This document shows, piece after piece, positions 42,441 to 52,912 of a stretch of DNA of 64,000 bases. Source of the stretch: a candidate division WOR-3 bacterium (GTDB lineage Bacteria; Hydrothermota; 32-111); NCBI GenBank assembly GCA_037481815.1, contig JBBFKX010000001.1, forward strand, positions 576,001-640,000, read 5' to 3'. A program made the position numbers and the translations under genes. Position 1 is the stretch's first letter, and each line of letters starts with the position of its first letter. The notes under the pieces were generated by a model. The model saw nothing but the letters and a program-made list of their open reading frames with translations. It made no database searches and was not told the origin of the DNA.

Positions 42441-43130
42441 ATGAAGGAGATGTTATCATCTTTGAAGATTGTAAGTGAAAACATTTTTGTAAAAGATCTT
42501 TCCGAAGGTGGTTCGGGTAATATTTCATTTTTTTTACCTGATAAAACAAAGAAAAAAGTTTTAAATGAATTAGAACTACCGGAAAAGTTGAAGAACCTGA
42601 AAGATAAAAGTTTTATGATAACATCAACCGGTAGTAGATTCTATATGATAAAAGATGCACCTGAAAAATATATTTCACTTTTTTCAATAGATAAAGATGG
42701 AAGAAAAATTCTACTTTTGAATGATAAAAACCCATCCTCAGAGATTTTTACTCACCTTTTCATTTATGATTCTCTGTTTAAAAATGGACAAAATTCAAAT
42801 TGTATTTTACATGTTCATTCAAAATACTCATTGGTATTAGTATCATTTTTATCTAAAAATTCTTTTAACATTTCAATGGAAAAAACTCATACTGAGTTTG
42901 AAGTAATCTTTAAAAGAAAAATTGAAATAGTCAAAAGGATCAAACCGGGATCTTTAGAACTGGCAAAAGAGTTGGCAAAAAAATCTTTAAATTCCGATAC
43001 GATAATTTTAAAAGATCATGGAATTTTTTCTTATGGAAATAACTTGCTCGAAACCTATGATCGGATTGAGGTTCTTGAATCCATATCAAAACTATATTTT
43101 TTAAAAAAACTTTTTACGAAAACCTTTTAA
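42441..43130 (+). CDS. Class II aldolase/adducin-family protein (rhamnulose-1-phosphate aldolase-like)
   Basis: GGSGNIS, PSSE...H, HVH, PGSLELA, DHG. Confidence 0.85.
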   Translation: MKEMLSSLKIVSENIFVKDLSEGGSGNISFFLPDKTKKKVLNELELPEKLKNLKDKSFMITSTGSRFYMIKDAPEKYISLFSIDKDGRKILLLNDKNPSSEIFTHLFIYDSLFKNGQNSNCILHVHSKYSLVLVSFLSKNSFNISMEKTHTEFEVIFKRKIEIVKRIKPGSLELAKELAKKSLNSDTIILKDHGIFSYGNNLLETYDRIEVLESISKLYFLKKLFTKTF

Positions 43131-44403
43131 ATATTTCGTCAACATATTTGAGATAAAACTTTTTATCAAAAAGTTTATCAAGTTCCAAAGAAGAGCAGTA
43201 TTTTAAGATATCCTTATCATTTTTTATAAGTTCTTTAAAATCTTTTCCCTTCTCCCATGATTCCATCGCGTTCTTTTGAACCAGAGAATACGCGTCTTCT
43301 CTTTTGAGTCCTTTTTCGATAAGGAAAAGCAAAACTCTCTGTGAAAAGATAAGATTGTTTGAGACAAGAAAATTTTTTTCAATATTTTTTTCATAGATCT
43401 TCATGTTCATGACTATATATGACATTTTATCAAGCATATAATCAACAAGTATGGATGCATCTGGTAATATTATTCTCTCAACAGAAGAGTGGCTTATATC
43501 CCTTTCATCCCATAATGCTATGTTTTCGAGTGAGGAGATAAGGTAGCTTCTTAAAACTCTTGATAAACCACACATCTGTTCACATAGAACAGGATTCCTC
43601 TTATGAGGCATCGCTGAAGATCCTTTTTGTCCTTCGGAGAAAGGTTCCTCAAGTTCTCTTGTTTCAGTTCTTTGAAGAAGTCGTATCTGTAACGCCAGTT
43701 TTTCTATCACAGCACCTATCCTCGTGAGGAGAAAAAGATAATCAGAGTAAACATCCCTTGAAACTATCTGTGATGAAATTTTCGAAAGATTCAAAGATAG
43801 TTTTTTTAAAGCTATCTGTTCTATCTCTGGAGGGATGTTTGCATAGTTACCAACCGCTCCCGAAATTTTCCCTCTCTGAATATTTTTTTTGAAAAATTTT
43901 ATCATATCGATTATTCTATCAAGGTCATCAACGATGATCAGTAATTTTAAACCAAGTGATGTTGTTTCAGCATGAACACCATGGGTCCTTCCGACGATCG
44001 GAATATATTTTGTTTCAACAGCTCTTTTAAAAATGGTTTCTCTTAAATGTAAAACACCTTTTTCTATCTGATTGAGTGAATCCCGTAAAATCAATGCGTT
44101 TGCAGTATCAAGCATATCAGAACTTGTCATTCCCATATGTATGAATTTAGAATTCTCTCCCACATTCTCTCCTACTGCAGTCAAAAATGCTATCACATCA
44201 TGTTTTACGGTTTTTTCTATCTCTTCGATTCTTTTGATATCGAATTTCGCTTTCTTTTTTATATCCTCGTATACCTCTTTGCTTATAATGTTACATTTCA
44301 TATAAGCGTAAAGAACAGCAAGTTCGACTTCAAGATATTTGTTATATCTGTTTTCATCTGACCAGATAAAAGACATCTTTTCTCTTGAATACCTTTTTAT
44401 CAT
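43114..44403 (-). CDS. purB: Adenylosuccinate lyase
   Basis: HDVIAF, HMGMTSSD, GRTHGVHAE, QKGSSAMPHKRNP. Confidence 0.98.
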   Translation of the reverse strand: MIKRYSREKMSFIWSDENRYNKYLEVELAVLYAYMKCNIISKEVYEDIKKKAKFDIKRIEEIEKTVKHDVIAFLTAVGENVGENSKFIHMGMTSSDMLDTANALILRDSLNQIEKGVLHLRETIFKRAVETKYIPIVGRTHGVHAETTSLGLKLLIIVDDLDRIIDMIKFFKKNIQRGKISGAVGNYANIPPEIEQIALKKLSLNLSKISSQIVSRDVYSDYLFLLTRIGAVIEKLALQIRLLQRTETRELEEPFSEGQKGSSAMPHKRNPVLCEQMCGLSRVLRSYLISSLENIALWDERDISHSSVERIILPDASILVDYMLDKMSYIVMNMKIYEKNIEKNFLVSNNLIFSQRVLLFLIEKGLKREDAYSLVQKNAMESWEKGKDFKELIKNDKDILKYCSSLELDKLFDKKFYLKYVDEIFKRFS

Positions 44404-44404
44404 T

Positions 44405-45001
44405 CTATCTCCCTTCAAAAGAGTTTTTCCAGAGATTTTCAAAATAACCTATAAAATCGAGTGCGATCTCCTCCCCTTCAAGTAGAGCATTTGCTTCATT
44501 ATTTGAATTCACAGCACTGATCGTCCAGTTCGTAGAACCAACCATCACATAAAGAGAATCTATTATAAAAAGTTTACAATGGGTTGTTACAGTTAAAGGA
44601 TCGTATCTTACATCTATACCATAAGATTTGAGATAGTCCCCGACTTCATGGTTCGAATTTGTAACATCATTGTTCCAATCAGATTGCTCGAGCAAAACTT
44701 TTACAACAACACCCTTTTCATGCGCAACGATAAGTTTATCGAGAAGTCTTGTGACCTCATTCTCATAATCATAACTGTTAATGTTGTACATCACACAGAA
44801 TATACTCTTTTTCGAGTTTTCAAAAAGTGAATAGATCAAGGGGAAATAATCTCTATTACAAACGATCTTCGCTTTTGTTGGAACCATATTTAAACTATCG
44901 GTGTTCTGATCCTGTTCATGGTCAACCGCAGCGGGTTGACAGCCGGTAAACACAAAAACAAGAAAGAAAACAAAAATGAATTCAGTTTTTACTTTTTTCA
45001 T
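44405..45001 (-). CDS. Lipoprotein with a single PLD (HKD) domain
   Basis: Lipobox [12 protein letters not shown]...GSTNW...NNE. Confidence 0.85.
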   Translation of the reverse strand: MKKVKTEFIFVFFLVFVFTGCQPAAVDHEQDQNTDSLNMVPTKAKIVCNRDYFPLIYSLFENSKKSIFCVMYNINSYDYENEVTRLLDKLIVAHEKGVVVKVLLEQSDWNNDVTNSNHEVGDYLKSYGIDVRYDPLTVTTHCKLFIIDSLYVMVGSTNWTISAVNSNNEANALLEGEEIALDFIGYFENLWKNSFEGR

Positions 45002-45638
45002 AATCTTCTAAAAACCTTTTCACTCCAAGATCCGTCAAAGGATGTTTTATAAGTTGTATGAAAACATTGTAGGGTATAGTTGCAACATCAGCACCTAATT
45101 CAAGAGATTTCAAAATGTGTACGGGATTTCTGACGGAAGCAACTATCACTTTTGTCTGGAAATTGTAATTTTTAAATATTTTCATAACGCTCTCTATTAT
45201 TTTAATCCCTTCATCAGATATATCATCAATTCTCCCAATAAATGGAGAAACATAGGTAGCTCCGGATTTAGCTGCAAGAACCGCTTGAACAGGTGTGAAA
45301 ACAAGTGTAACATTTGTTTCTATACCAAGTCCTTTTAAAGTTTTTACAGCTTTTAAACCATTTTCGGTCATCGGTATTTTTATAACAATATTTTTAGAGA
45401 TCGAAGAAAGTTTTTTTGCTTCTTCAACCATATCTTCATATTCAAGAGAGTTGACTTCAGCAGAAATTGGACCTGATACAACTGATGCTATCTCCTTTAT
45501 TATCTCTTCAAAATTTTTGCCTGTTCTTTCCTTTTCCTTCAATATCAGTGTTGGATTTGTTGTAACTCCATCAACGATCCCTTTTTTTACAAGTTCTTTG
45601 ATCTCATCTATGTTAGCACTATCTATAAAAAATTTCAT
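44982..45638 (-). CDS. Transaldolase / fructose-6-phosphate aldolase (MipB/TalC type)
   Basis: [33 protein letters not shown]. Confidence 0.95.
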   Translation of the reverse strand: MKFFIDSANIDEIKELVKKGIVDGVTTNPTLILKEKERTGKNFEEIIKEIASVVSGPISAEVNSLEYEDMVEEAKKLSSISKNIVIKIPMTENGLKAVKTLKGLGIETNVTLVFTPVQAVLAAKSGATYVSPFIGRIDDISDEGIKIIESVMKIFKNYNFQTKVIVASVRNPVHILKSLELGADVATIPYNVFIQLIKHPLTDLGVKRFLEDYEKSKN

Positions 45639-45647
45639 AAAACCTCC

Positions 45648-46373
45648 TTAGTAAAATGCTTTATAGAATATCAACCCTTCTGACGGAGCAAGTTTTCCAG
45701 CATATTTTACATCTTTAATCTTTAACAGTTCATACGGTTTCATTGTTATTTTACCTCTTCCATATCCTATCGCTGTTCCAACAATAAATCTTACCATATT
45801 GTGCAAAAACCTGTCAGCACCAAATGTGAATACGATCTCTTTTCCTTTTATTTTGAAATCACTGATTTTCAGATCAACATAATTGTTTTCAAGTAGAGAT
45901 TTTTTTCTACAGAATGAAGAAAAATCATGTTTCCCTTTTATCGAAAGAATAAATTCCTTTATCCTTTCAAAATCGAGAATATAATCAACCTGCCAGTGGA
46001 AAGGTCTTTTCAAAGGGCTATTTCCGTTGTATACAAAATATTTGTAAACTCTCATTTTACATGAAAATCTCGCGGAAAAATCATCGTCTACTTTTTTAAT
46101 TGAGTGAAAAAAAATCCTTTTATCGATTATCGAATTCAACCCATGTAAAAATTTCATCCGGTCATCAATCTTTTTTTGAGTTTTGAAAGAGAAAGGGTAC
46201 CTGAATGCTGAAACTCCCGCATCCGTTCTTCCAGCACCGACGATTCTGATTTTTTCGTTCAAAATTTTAAAAAGAGCTTCTTCTATTTTATCCTGAACAG
46301 TATTTTTTGAAGGTTGACTCTGCCATCCTTCAAAACCTCTTCCATCAAATTCACAAATGATTAGATAGTTCAC
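45648..46373 (-). CDS. truA: tRNA pseudouridine(38-40) synthase
   Basis: GWQSQP, GAGRTDAGV, GKHDFSSF, FLHNMVR. Confidence 0.96.
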   Translation of the reverse strand: MNYLIICEFDGRGFEGWQSQPSKNTVQDKIEEALFKILNEKIRIVGAGRTDAGVSAFRYPFSFKTQKKIDDRMKFLHGLNSIIDKRIFFHSIKKVDDDFSARFSCKMRVYKYFVYNGNSPLKRPFHWQVDYILDFERIKEFILSIKGKHDFSSFCRKKSLLENNYVDLKISDFKIKGKEIVFTFGADRFLHNMVRFIVGTAIGYGRGKITMKPYELLKIKDVKYAGKLAPSEGLIFYKAFY

Positions 46374-48823
46374 TTTTTGACTATGAGATTGATCAATCTG
46401 TTTGGAACATAAAAATGTTTTTCAAGATGCCCATCCTGAAGGTATTTCTGAACAGCTGGATTTGACAGTGCCTCTTTTAAAACTTCGTCAGAAGTGGAAT
46501 CTTTTTCTATTTCTATCCTCTCTCGAACCTTACCATTTATTTGAATCACAACAGTTATTTTCTCATCCTCAAGATTGTTTTTATCAAACTCAGGCCATTG
46601 TGTAAGAAATATGGAATCTTTTTCGTTGAACCCCTGATAGATCTCTTCCGATAGATGTGGAATAAAGGGAGAGATTATCTGTGTGTATTTATAGATTACA
46701 AAGTTCAGAAACTCAAAAGAAAGGTTCTGTTCTTCTTTGTATAGAAGATTCAAAAGTTCCATCAAAGAAGCGATAGCAGTATTATGGTTGAAATTTTCAA
46801 TATCCTCTCCAACCTGTTTAATCGTTCTGTTCAATTTCACATAAACTTTTTTTTCTATTTCATTTTTAGGTACATATTCTTTTATCAAAATCTTGTTATA
46901 TTTTGAGGCGAATTTATCAAATCTATCCAAAAATCTTGAAATTCCGGTTATTCCATCTTCAGACCATAGAGCATCTTTACCTGCAGGACCTATGAAGAGC
47001 TCTGTTCCCCTTGCAAGATCTGACCCATATTTGTCAACAAATGGGCCAACTGGAACAGCATTCCCGGCTGATTTTGACATAACTTTTCCATTCTTATCCA
47101 TTATCATACCCTGATTGAATAGAGCCAGAGCGGGCTCTTCGAAAGAAAGATACCCTAAATCTTTTAAAACTTTTGTGATGAATCTAAAATATATAAGATG
47201 TCCATTTGCATGTTCAGCACCACCTATGTACATATCGACTGGCAAAAATTTATCAACGAGTTCTTTCTCGAATATTTTTTTATCATTCTTAGGATCAGCA
47301 TACCTTAACTGGTACCATGAAGAATCGACAAATGTGTCCATCGTGTCGGGGTCTCTTAAAGCATTATTTCCACATTTTGGACATTTCACATTCATAAAAC
47401 CTTTATGACTTCCAAGAGGGGACTCACCTTTGGGAGTGAAATCGACTTCAGAAGAGTCAGGTAGCAAAACCGGAAGATCTTTTTCAGGTACAGGCACTAT
47501 CCCACAATTTTTACAATGTATCATAGGAATTGGAGCACCCCAATACCTCTGTCTTGAGATCAACCAATCTCTCAATCTATAGTTCACACTTCTTTTTCCA
47601 AAACCTTTCTCTTCAATGAAATCTGTTACCTTCTCTTTCATTACGGAAGAGTCCATATCTGAGAACTCCCCTGAATTTATTGTTATACCTTCATCAACAA
47701 AAGCCCCATTTGAAAAATCCCAGGTAGAATCTTTTGGTCTTATGACTTGAACTATTTCGATTCCATATTTTTTGGCAAATTCAAAATCCCTCTGGTCATG
47801 AGCCGGCACTCCCATCACCGCACCTGTCCCATAACCTGACAACACATAATCACAAACGAAAAGTTTTACCTCTCTGTTGTTTAAAGGATTGATACACTTA
47901 TAACCTGTATAAACTCCATCCTTTTCCTTTTCTGTAGAACTCCTTTCGATCTCACTCTTTTTTATAGATTGTTCAATATACCTTTCGATCTCTTCTTTCT
48001 TTTGAGAATCAAATTCAAGTTCTTTTAAAATCTCATTTTCAGGAGCAACAGCAAGAAATGTTACTCCAAAAATCGTATCTGGTCTTGTTGTGAATACTTT
48101 AATACTTTTATCCGTATTTTTTATCCTGAATTCTATAGTTACTCCATCAGATCTGCCAATCCAGTTTTTTTGCATGGTCTTTATATTTTCGGGCCAACCC
48201 TTCAAAAGTTCCAATCCATCGAGCAATCTTTGGGCATACGAGGTTATTTTAAAATACCACTGCTCAAGTTCCTTTTTCGTTATTTCACTTCCACATCTCC
48301 AACATCTATTCTGCTCAACCTGTTCATTTGCAAGAACCGTCTGACATGACGGACACCAGTTAACATAAGATCTTTTTCTATACGCTAAACCATTCTCGTA
48401 AAGTTTTATGAATATCCATTGTGTCCATTTATAATAATCTTCTCTGCATGTTATAACTTCTCTATCCCAATCATACAAAAGTCCCATTTTTTTTAAAGTT
48501 GAAGAGGAAACAGCTATATTGTTATAAGTCCATTTATCAGGGGCAACACCTCTTTTGATCGCTGCTCCTTCTGCAGGCAAACCAAAAGCATCCCATCCAA
48601 CTGGGTGTAAAACATCATATCCGTTCATTATTCTGTATCTGTAAAGCACATCACCTATAACATAGTTTCTTAAATGACCCATATGAAGATCACCTGATGG
48701 ATAGGCAAACATCTCAAGCAGGTAATATTTCTTTTTATTTGGATCATTCTTGAATTTTTCGAGTGAAAGTTCTTTCCACCTTCTGTTCCACTTTTCCTGT
48801 ATAGATTTTAAATCTCTCTCCAT
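46370..48823 (-). CDS. leuS: Leucine-tRNA ligase
   Basis: YPSGDLHMGH, FTTRPDT, SRQRYWG, VMSKS; an alternative ATG lies at 48832. Confidence 0.98.
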   Translation of the reverse strand: MERDLKSIQEKWNRRWKELSLEKFKNDPNKKKYYLLEMFAYPSGDLHMGHLRNYVIGDVLYRYRIMNGYDVLHPVGWDAFGLPAEGAAIKRGVAPDKWTYNNIAVSSSTLKKMGLLYDWDREVITCREDYYKWTQWIFIKLYENGLAYRKRSYVNWCPSCQTVLANEQVEQNRCWRCGSEITKKELEQWYFKITSYAQRLLDGLELLKGWPENIKTMQKNWIGRSDGVTIEFRIKNTDKSIKVFTTRPDTIFGVTFLAVAPENEILKELEFDSQKKEEIERYIEQSIKKSEIERSSTEKEKDGVYTGYKCINPLNNREVKLFVCDYVLSGYGTGAVMGVPAHDQRDFEFAKKYGIEIVQVIRPKDSTWDFSNGAFVDEGITINSGEFSDMDSSVMKEKVTDFIEEKGFGKRSVNYRLRDWLISRQRYWGAPIPMIHCKNCGIVPVPEKDLPVLLPDSSEVDFTPKGESPLGSHKGFMNVKCPKCGNNALRDPDTMDTFVDSSWYQLRYADPKNDKKIFEKELVDKFLPVDMYIGGAEHANGHLIYFRFITKVLKDLGYLSFEEPALALFNQGMIMDKNGKVMSKSAGNAVPVGPFVDKYGSDLARGTELFIGPAGKDALWSEDGITGISRFLDRFDKFASKYNKILIKEYVPKNEIEKKVYVKLNRTIKQVGEDIENFNHNTAIASLMELLNLLYKEEQNLSFEFLNFVIYKYTQIISPFIPHLSEEIYQGFNEKDSIFLTQWPEFDKNNLEDEKITVVIQINGKVRERIEIEKDSTSDEVLKEALSNPAVQKYLQDGHLEKHFYVPNRLINLIVKK

Positions 48824-48824
48824 A

Positions 48825-50108
48825 TCAACCATTCCCCATCTCTTTGAGTTTCTTTTCAAGCATCTCTATCCTTCCTGTAAGTTCAAGTTCTTTCTTTCTT
48901 TTAAGTTCAAGTCGCTGTGACAATGCTATCTCTTCCTTTCTTTTTGCAACAATCCTCTGTGTTATCTCAAATTCTTCTTTTCTCTTCTTTTCAAGATCTA
49001 TATTGCTTAAACCTTCAGCTGCTGGAACCCCTTGCGGCATCTGTGATGCCTGGAGTTTCAACTGGTTGATCCTTTCAACAAGTTTCTGTTCCTCGTTTCT
49101 TTTGATTTCTATATCGTTCATTATCTGCTGCAACTGGATCTTGAAAGTGTCTATCTGGTTTTTCAACATCTTCAGTTCTTGATCAGATGATTGATTTTCC
49201 TTTACTTTATCGAGTTCTTCTTTTAGATTTTTCTGTTTTTCAATGAGTTCATTCAATTTGTTCTCATAGAATTCTATCTGTCTTCTCTTTTCGTTTATCT
49301 CCTGTTCACTCTCTTTTATGATCCTATCAACCTCATCATATTTTGATCCAGTTTCTTTTATCTTCCTTTCAAGTTCAGCGATTTTTTGTTCTTTACTTTT
49401 TATCTCATTCTGTTTTGATGCTAAAGTTTTTTGGAGTTCCTCTTCCTGTTTTCTGAGTTCATCGATCTTTGCTGATCTTAGGTTAACAAAATCAGCTCCT
49501 GACGATAATTTAGAAGATATGACGGTTGCAAAGACAACAGAAAGAACAAGTCCAATCACAAGATTCAAAATTACAGCAAGAATCGGAGTTTGTTTTTTTT
49601 CTCCACTCTTATCCTCAAAAACTACCTTTTTGATTCCTATATGAACTTCACCTCTTTTTTTATCTCCAGTTTTAATCGCCAAAGCGATATCTGAAATATT
49701 CTGATCAACGTCCTGAACCAATCTATTTTCACTCTTTAAAAGTTTGATGTTCTGGTAATTAAAAGGTTTTAGAACATTAGTCGGCTGTTTTGAATCACCG
49801 AAAACAACCCCATCTGTGTTAACAACTATCACATAATCTATAAGACCATTCGAATTTTTTACAGTGTTCATCGCAACATCCATTATAGGTGCTTCATCCT
49901 CATCAAGAAGTGGTTCAAGAACTGCTCCAGCTATAACTGACGCTATATTGAATGCCATCTCAGTTCTTTCATTTTGAAGGAGTTCTTTTGTGCTCACTTT
50001 TTCTCCAGTTGATTTCGCTGGAGCAAAGATAAAAACTATTACAGCATTTATACAAAGTATTATAAAAATCGAGATTATCAACAAAATGATAAAAGTTGAT
50101 TTTTTCAT
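48825..50108 (-). CDS. Two-TM membrane protein with an extracytoplasmic sensor-like domain and a long cytoplasmic coiled coil
   Basis: TM, about 140 aa soluble domain (YVIVVNTDG...GEVHIG), TM, then E/K/Q-rich heptads to the C-terminus. Confidence 0.65.
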   Translation of the reverse strand: MKKSTFIILLIISIFIILCINAVIVFIFAPAKSTGEKVSTKELLQNERTEMAFNIASVIAGAVLEPLLDEDEAPIMDVAMNTVKNSNGLIDYVIVVNTDGVVFGDSKQPTNVLKPFNYQNIKLLKSENRLVQDVDQNISDIALAIKTGDKKRGEVHIGIKKVVFEDKSGEKKQTPILAVILNLVIGLVLSVVFATVISSKLSSGADFVNLRSAKIDELRKQEEELQKTLASKQNEIKSKEQKIAELERKIKETGSKYDEVDRIIKESEQEINEKRRQIEFYENKLNELIEKQKNLKEELDKVKENQSSDQELKMLKNQIDTFKIQLQQIMNDIEIKRNEEQKLVERINQLKLQASQMPQGVPAAEGLSNIDLEKKRKEEFEITQRIVAKRKEEIALSQRLELKRKKELELTGRIEMLEKKLKEMGNG

Positions 50109-50136
50109 AAAAACTCCTTATTTATCGTATTTTTTT

Positions 50137-50165
50137 AATATATTAAAATATCGTCTAAATGTCAA
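50137..50165 (-). promoter_or_regulatory. Putative promoter for the coiled-coil gene-leuS-truA-tal-PLD-purB operon
   Basis: TTGACA (50165-50160), 17 nt spacer, TATATT (50142-50137); same hexamers as the tuf promoter. Confidence 0.65.
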
Positions 50166-50170
50166 TAGTT

Positions 50171-52912
50171 TTAGAATATATTAAAAACCTTAAAAGTGAA
50201 CAGGAAATAAAGATTATCCTTTATCACAAAACCTTTTTCTTTGTTAAAAATAGGAATCTCAACTTTTCCATAATCTCCTATGTTGAAAACAAGGCCTGTT
50301 TGATAGAAAATATCGAGATCTTTACCAGACAATATAAAATCCTGATACAAAAAGTTAATTTTAAATCTCAATCTGTTAAAAGCATAATATGTTTTGGTTG
50401 AATCTATTAAATAACCATAACCAGAAGAAATATCTGTTAGAATGATGTTATAATTTGATATATTTTTACTTATTTTATCAAACAAAGAGCCTCTTTTCGA
50501 AAAGAGGTTTATCGATGTTTCTTTGTTACTCTGATCTTTTAAAAATTCTCCATCGTATACTATACTACCATCAAGGAATTTAAATCTGTAGTAGGATTCA
50601 AGTTGAACCTTCAATTTTGCGGATTTAAAATCTGAATATATAACCGGATTATAGATTTTTGAATCAACGTTAAACTTAAACCCCATATTTGATATATTTT
50701 TATAAACTTTGAAGTTCATGTTAAAAGAAGCGACATTTCCTTCCTCTAAGATGTATTTGAAATATTCTGAAGGTGCCAAACTTTTTCTAAACGAATAAAA
50801 AATTTCAAAAATCTGTCCGAAATCTTTTTCGTTTGTAAAATAGAAAAATTTTGGTTCAACCTTAAAATACTCTTCTGTGAGTTTGTATTCGATACCATTA
50901 CCAACTTTCCCATCCTGATAAAAATTTGTTTCTCCATCAAGATAAAAAGAACGATTTTTAACATTATAACCTAAAAAAAGTTTACTTTCAAAATCACCCA
51001 TGATTGAAAAATATGGAGAGGAAATCTTTGGAAGATCAAACAACATAAAATTGATTCCAAGGGAAGTTTTTTCTAAGATCGTATACTGATAAAATGGAAA
51101 AACATAAAGATTGTATGAATCTATATCAAAAATTTCTGGGGAAAGATGAACCTTCAACTTCTTTTTCAACTGATTGTTCGTATATTTAAGATCAAGTGAA
51201 GAATAGTCAGGATCAACAGTTATGTTGGACATAAAACTTTTTTCAAAATTTATGGTATCACTTTCAACTTCAACTTTTAAAAGTTTTGAACTTTTATCTT
51301 TTAAATCAATTCTGAGATCAACCGGAAGATCCAACAAAGAATTATTTCTTACAACAAATTTTATTTTCTCTTTATCCTCAGACACTTTCGATAGATAATA
51401 ATCAGTATAAATATTTTCATACAAAAGATATTTCAGATAAGTTTTGTATTTCCCTTCACTTCTTTCGTTGAGAAAATTATAGAATTGATCTATAGTGGGA
51501 TGGGAAAAATTATATTTTTCAAAAAACTCTTTAATGTAGATGTCAAAAGTATCCTTCCCAAAAAGATTTTCCAATTTTTTTATCACAAGGTATCCTTTTG
51601 AATAAAAAACGATATAGTTTGATTCTTTTGTATCAAAAGATGAATAGTTCATCGGAACACTCTTTTTATTTTTTTGAAGATTTAAAAAGTTTAAATAGTG
51701 TTGTGTGAAAAGATCAAATACACGTCTGTTAAAAAGGGTAACCTGATTTTTATTTCCATATTTATATTCCATATATCTGATCTCTGAATATGTCGCAAAT
51801 CCCTCATCTATAAAGGGTTCCATCGCTTCATTTGAACCTATGATAAGATAGAACCATTGATGTGCTATCTCATGTGATAAAACATCCTGAACATATTTGT
51901 AATCAATAATTTTTTTGAACCTTTTATCAAGATTTATAACTGGACCCATAACTATAAACTGTGGGTACTCCATTCCTCCACCAGCCCTTAACAAACCTTC
52001 AACTATCGTTATCTTATCATAGGGATAAGGGAAGTAAAGGTTGGAATAGAAATCTATCATTTCAAAAACTTCATCAATAACATCACTGTAAACATCATAG
52101 TTTTTTCTTTCACAAACTATTTCAACCTCAAAACCATCTTTTATTTTTTTAAGATACGAAAAATCGGTTTGTAGGGAAAATGCAAGGTCATTCACATTTT
52201 TAGCTTTCACTTCTACGATTTTTGTTGTTGTATCGTTTTTGTTAAATTTGAATCTGAAATTTTTATCCTTTAAAAGTGAATCCAAAAATAAAGAATCACT
52301 TTTTTCATAATCCACTCTTCCCGTTGAAAAAAGAAAATATTTTTGTGGTATCCTTATCCTCATCGAATAATCTCCATACTCATTAAAAAATTCACTGTTT
52401 TTTTCGATTTTAAAATCTGCCCATTTTTTATCTTTATACACAGCAACTTTGGGATACCACTGTGAAATATCATATTTACCTTTTAGATGACCTTCCCGTA
52501 AAAACGGGTATGGGACCTTGTTTTTAAAATATATTTTTAAACTGATAGAATCGTTTGGAAGAAGTTTTGTTTTTAATTTCAAATAACCTATAGTTTCATC
52601 AACAACAAACGAATCATTCTTTTCTCCATTTTCAAAAATTGAATCAACAACTGTAAACCCTTCCCTTTCAGGTTTTACCTTTTCCTTGAAAAATGGACTC
52701 CCATTTTTAAAATAGTTTGCATAAAGATGCAAAACTATTTTGTCCAAAGTATCTTTAGAAAAATTTTTATAATTGATCAAAGCATAGCCGTGTATTTCTT
52801 TTTTATTATCATCAAGTTCAACATCAAAAAAATAATCGCTTCTATTTGTCTTAAATGCAAAAACTGAAATCGAATAGAAAATTGACAATAACAAAAAAGT
52901 TTTCTTAAACAT
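50171..52912 (-). CDS. Exported M1-family metallopeptidase with a beta-rich C-terminal extension
   Basis: Signal peptide; QWYPK, GGMEYP, HEIAHQWF...DEG, YSKG. Confidence 0.88.
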   Translation of the reverse strand: MFKKTFLLLSIFYSISVFAFKTNRSDYFFDVELDDNKKEIHGYALINYKNFSKDTLDKIVLHLYANYFKNGSPFFKEKVKPEREGFTVVDSIFENGEKNDSFVVDETIGYLKLKTKLLPNDSISLKIYFKNKVPYPFLREGHLKGKYDISQWYPKVAVYKDKKWADFKIEKNSEFFNEYGDYSMRIRIPQKYFLFSTGRVDYEKSDSLFLDSLLKDKNFRFKFNKNDTTTKIVEVKAKNVNDLAFSLQTDFSYLKKIKDGFEVEIVCERKNYDVYSDVIDEVFEMIDFYSNLYFPYPYDKITIVEGLLRAGGGMEYPQFIVMGPVINLDKRFKKIIDYKYVQDVLSHEIAHQWFYLIIGSNEAMEPFIDEGFATYSEIRYMEYKYGNKNQVTLFNRRVFDLFTQHYLNFLNLQKNKKSVPMNYSSFDTKESNYIVFYSKGYLVIKKLENLFGKDTFDIYIKEFFEKYNFSHPTIDQFYNFLNERSEGKYKTYLKYLLYENIYTDYYLSKVSEDKEKIKFVVRNNSLLDLPVDLRIDLKDKSSKLLKVEVESDTINFEKSFMSNITVDPDYSSLDLKYTNNQLKKKLKVHLSPEIFDIDSYNLYVFPFYQYTILEKTSLGINFMLFDLPKISSPYFSIMGDFESKLFLGYNVKNRSFYLDGETNFYQDGKVGNGIEYKLTEEYFKVEPKFFYFTNEKDFGQIFEIFYSFRKSLAPSEYFKYILEEGNVASFNMNFKVYKNISNMGFKFNVDSKIYNPVIYSDFKSAKLKVQLESYYRFKFLDGSIVYDGEFLKDQSNKETSINLFSKRGSLFDKISKNISNYNIILTDISSGYGYLIDSTKTYYAFNRLRFKINFLYQDFILSGKDLDIFYQTGLVFNIGDYGKVEIPIFNKEKGFVIKDNLYFLFTFKVFNIF

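Noticed and set aside
41039..43130. Genomic island integrated at tRNA-Pro
   Set aside because: No integrase and no duplicated tRNA 3' end noticed; the plus-strand genes lie at the tRNA 5' side and have ordinary composition
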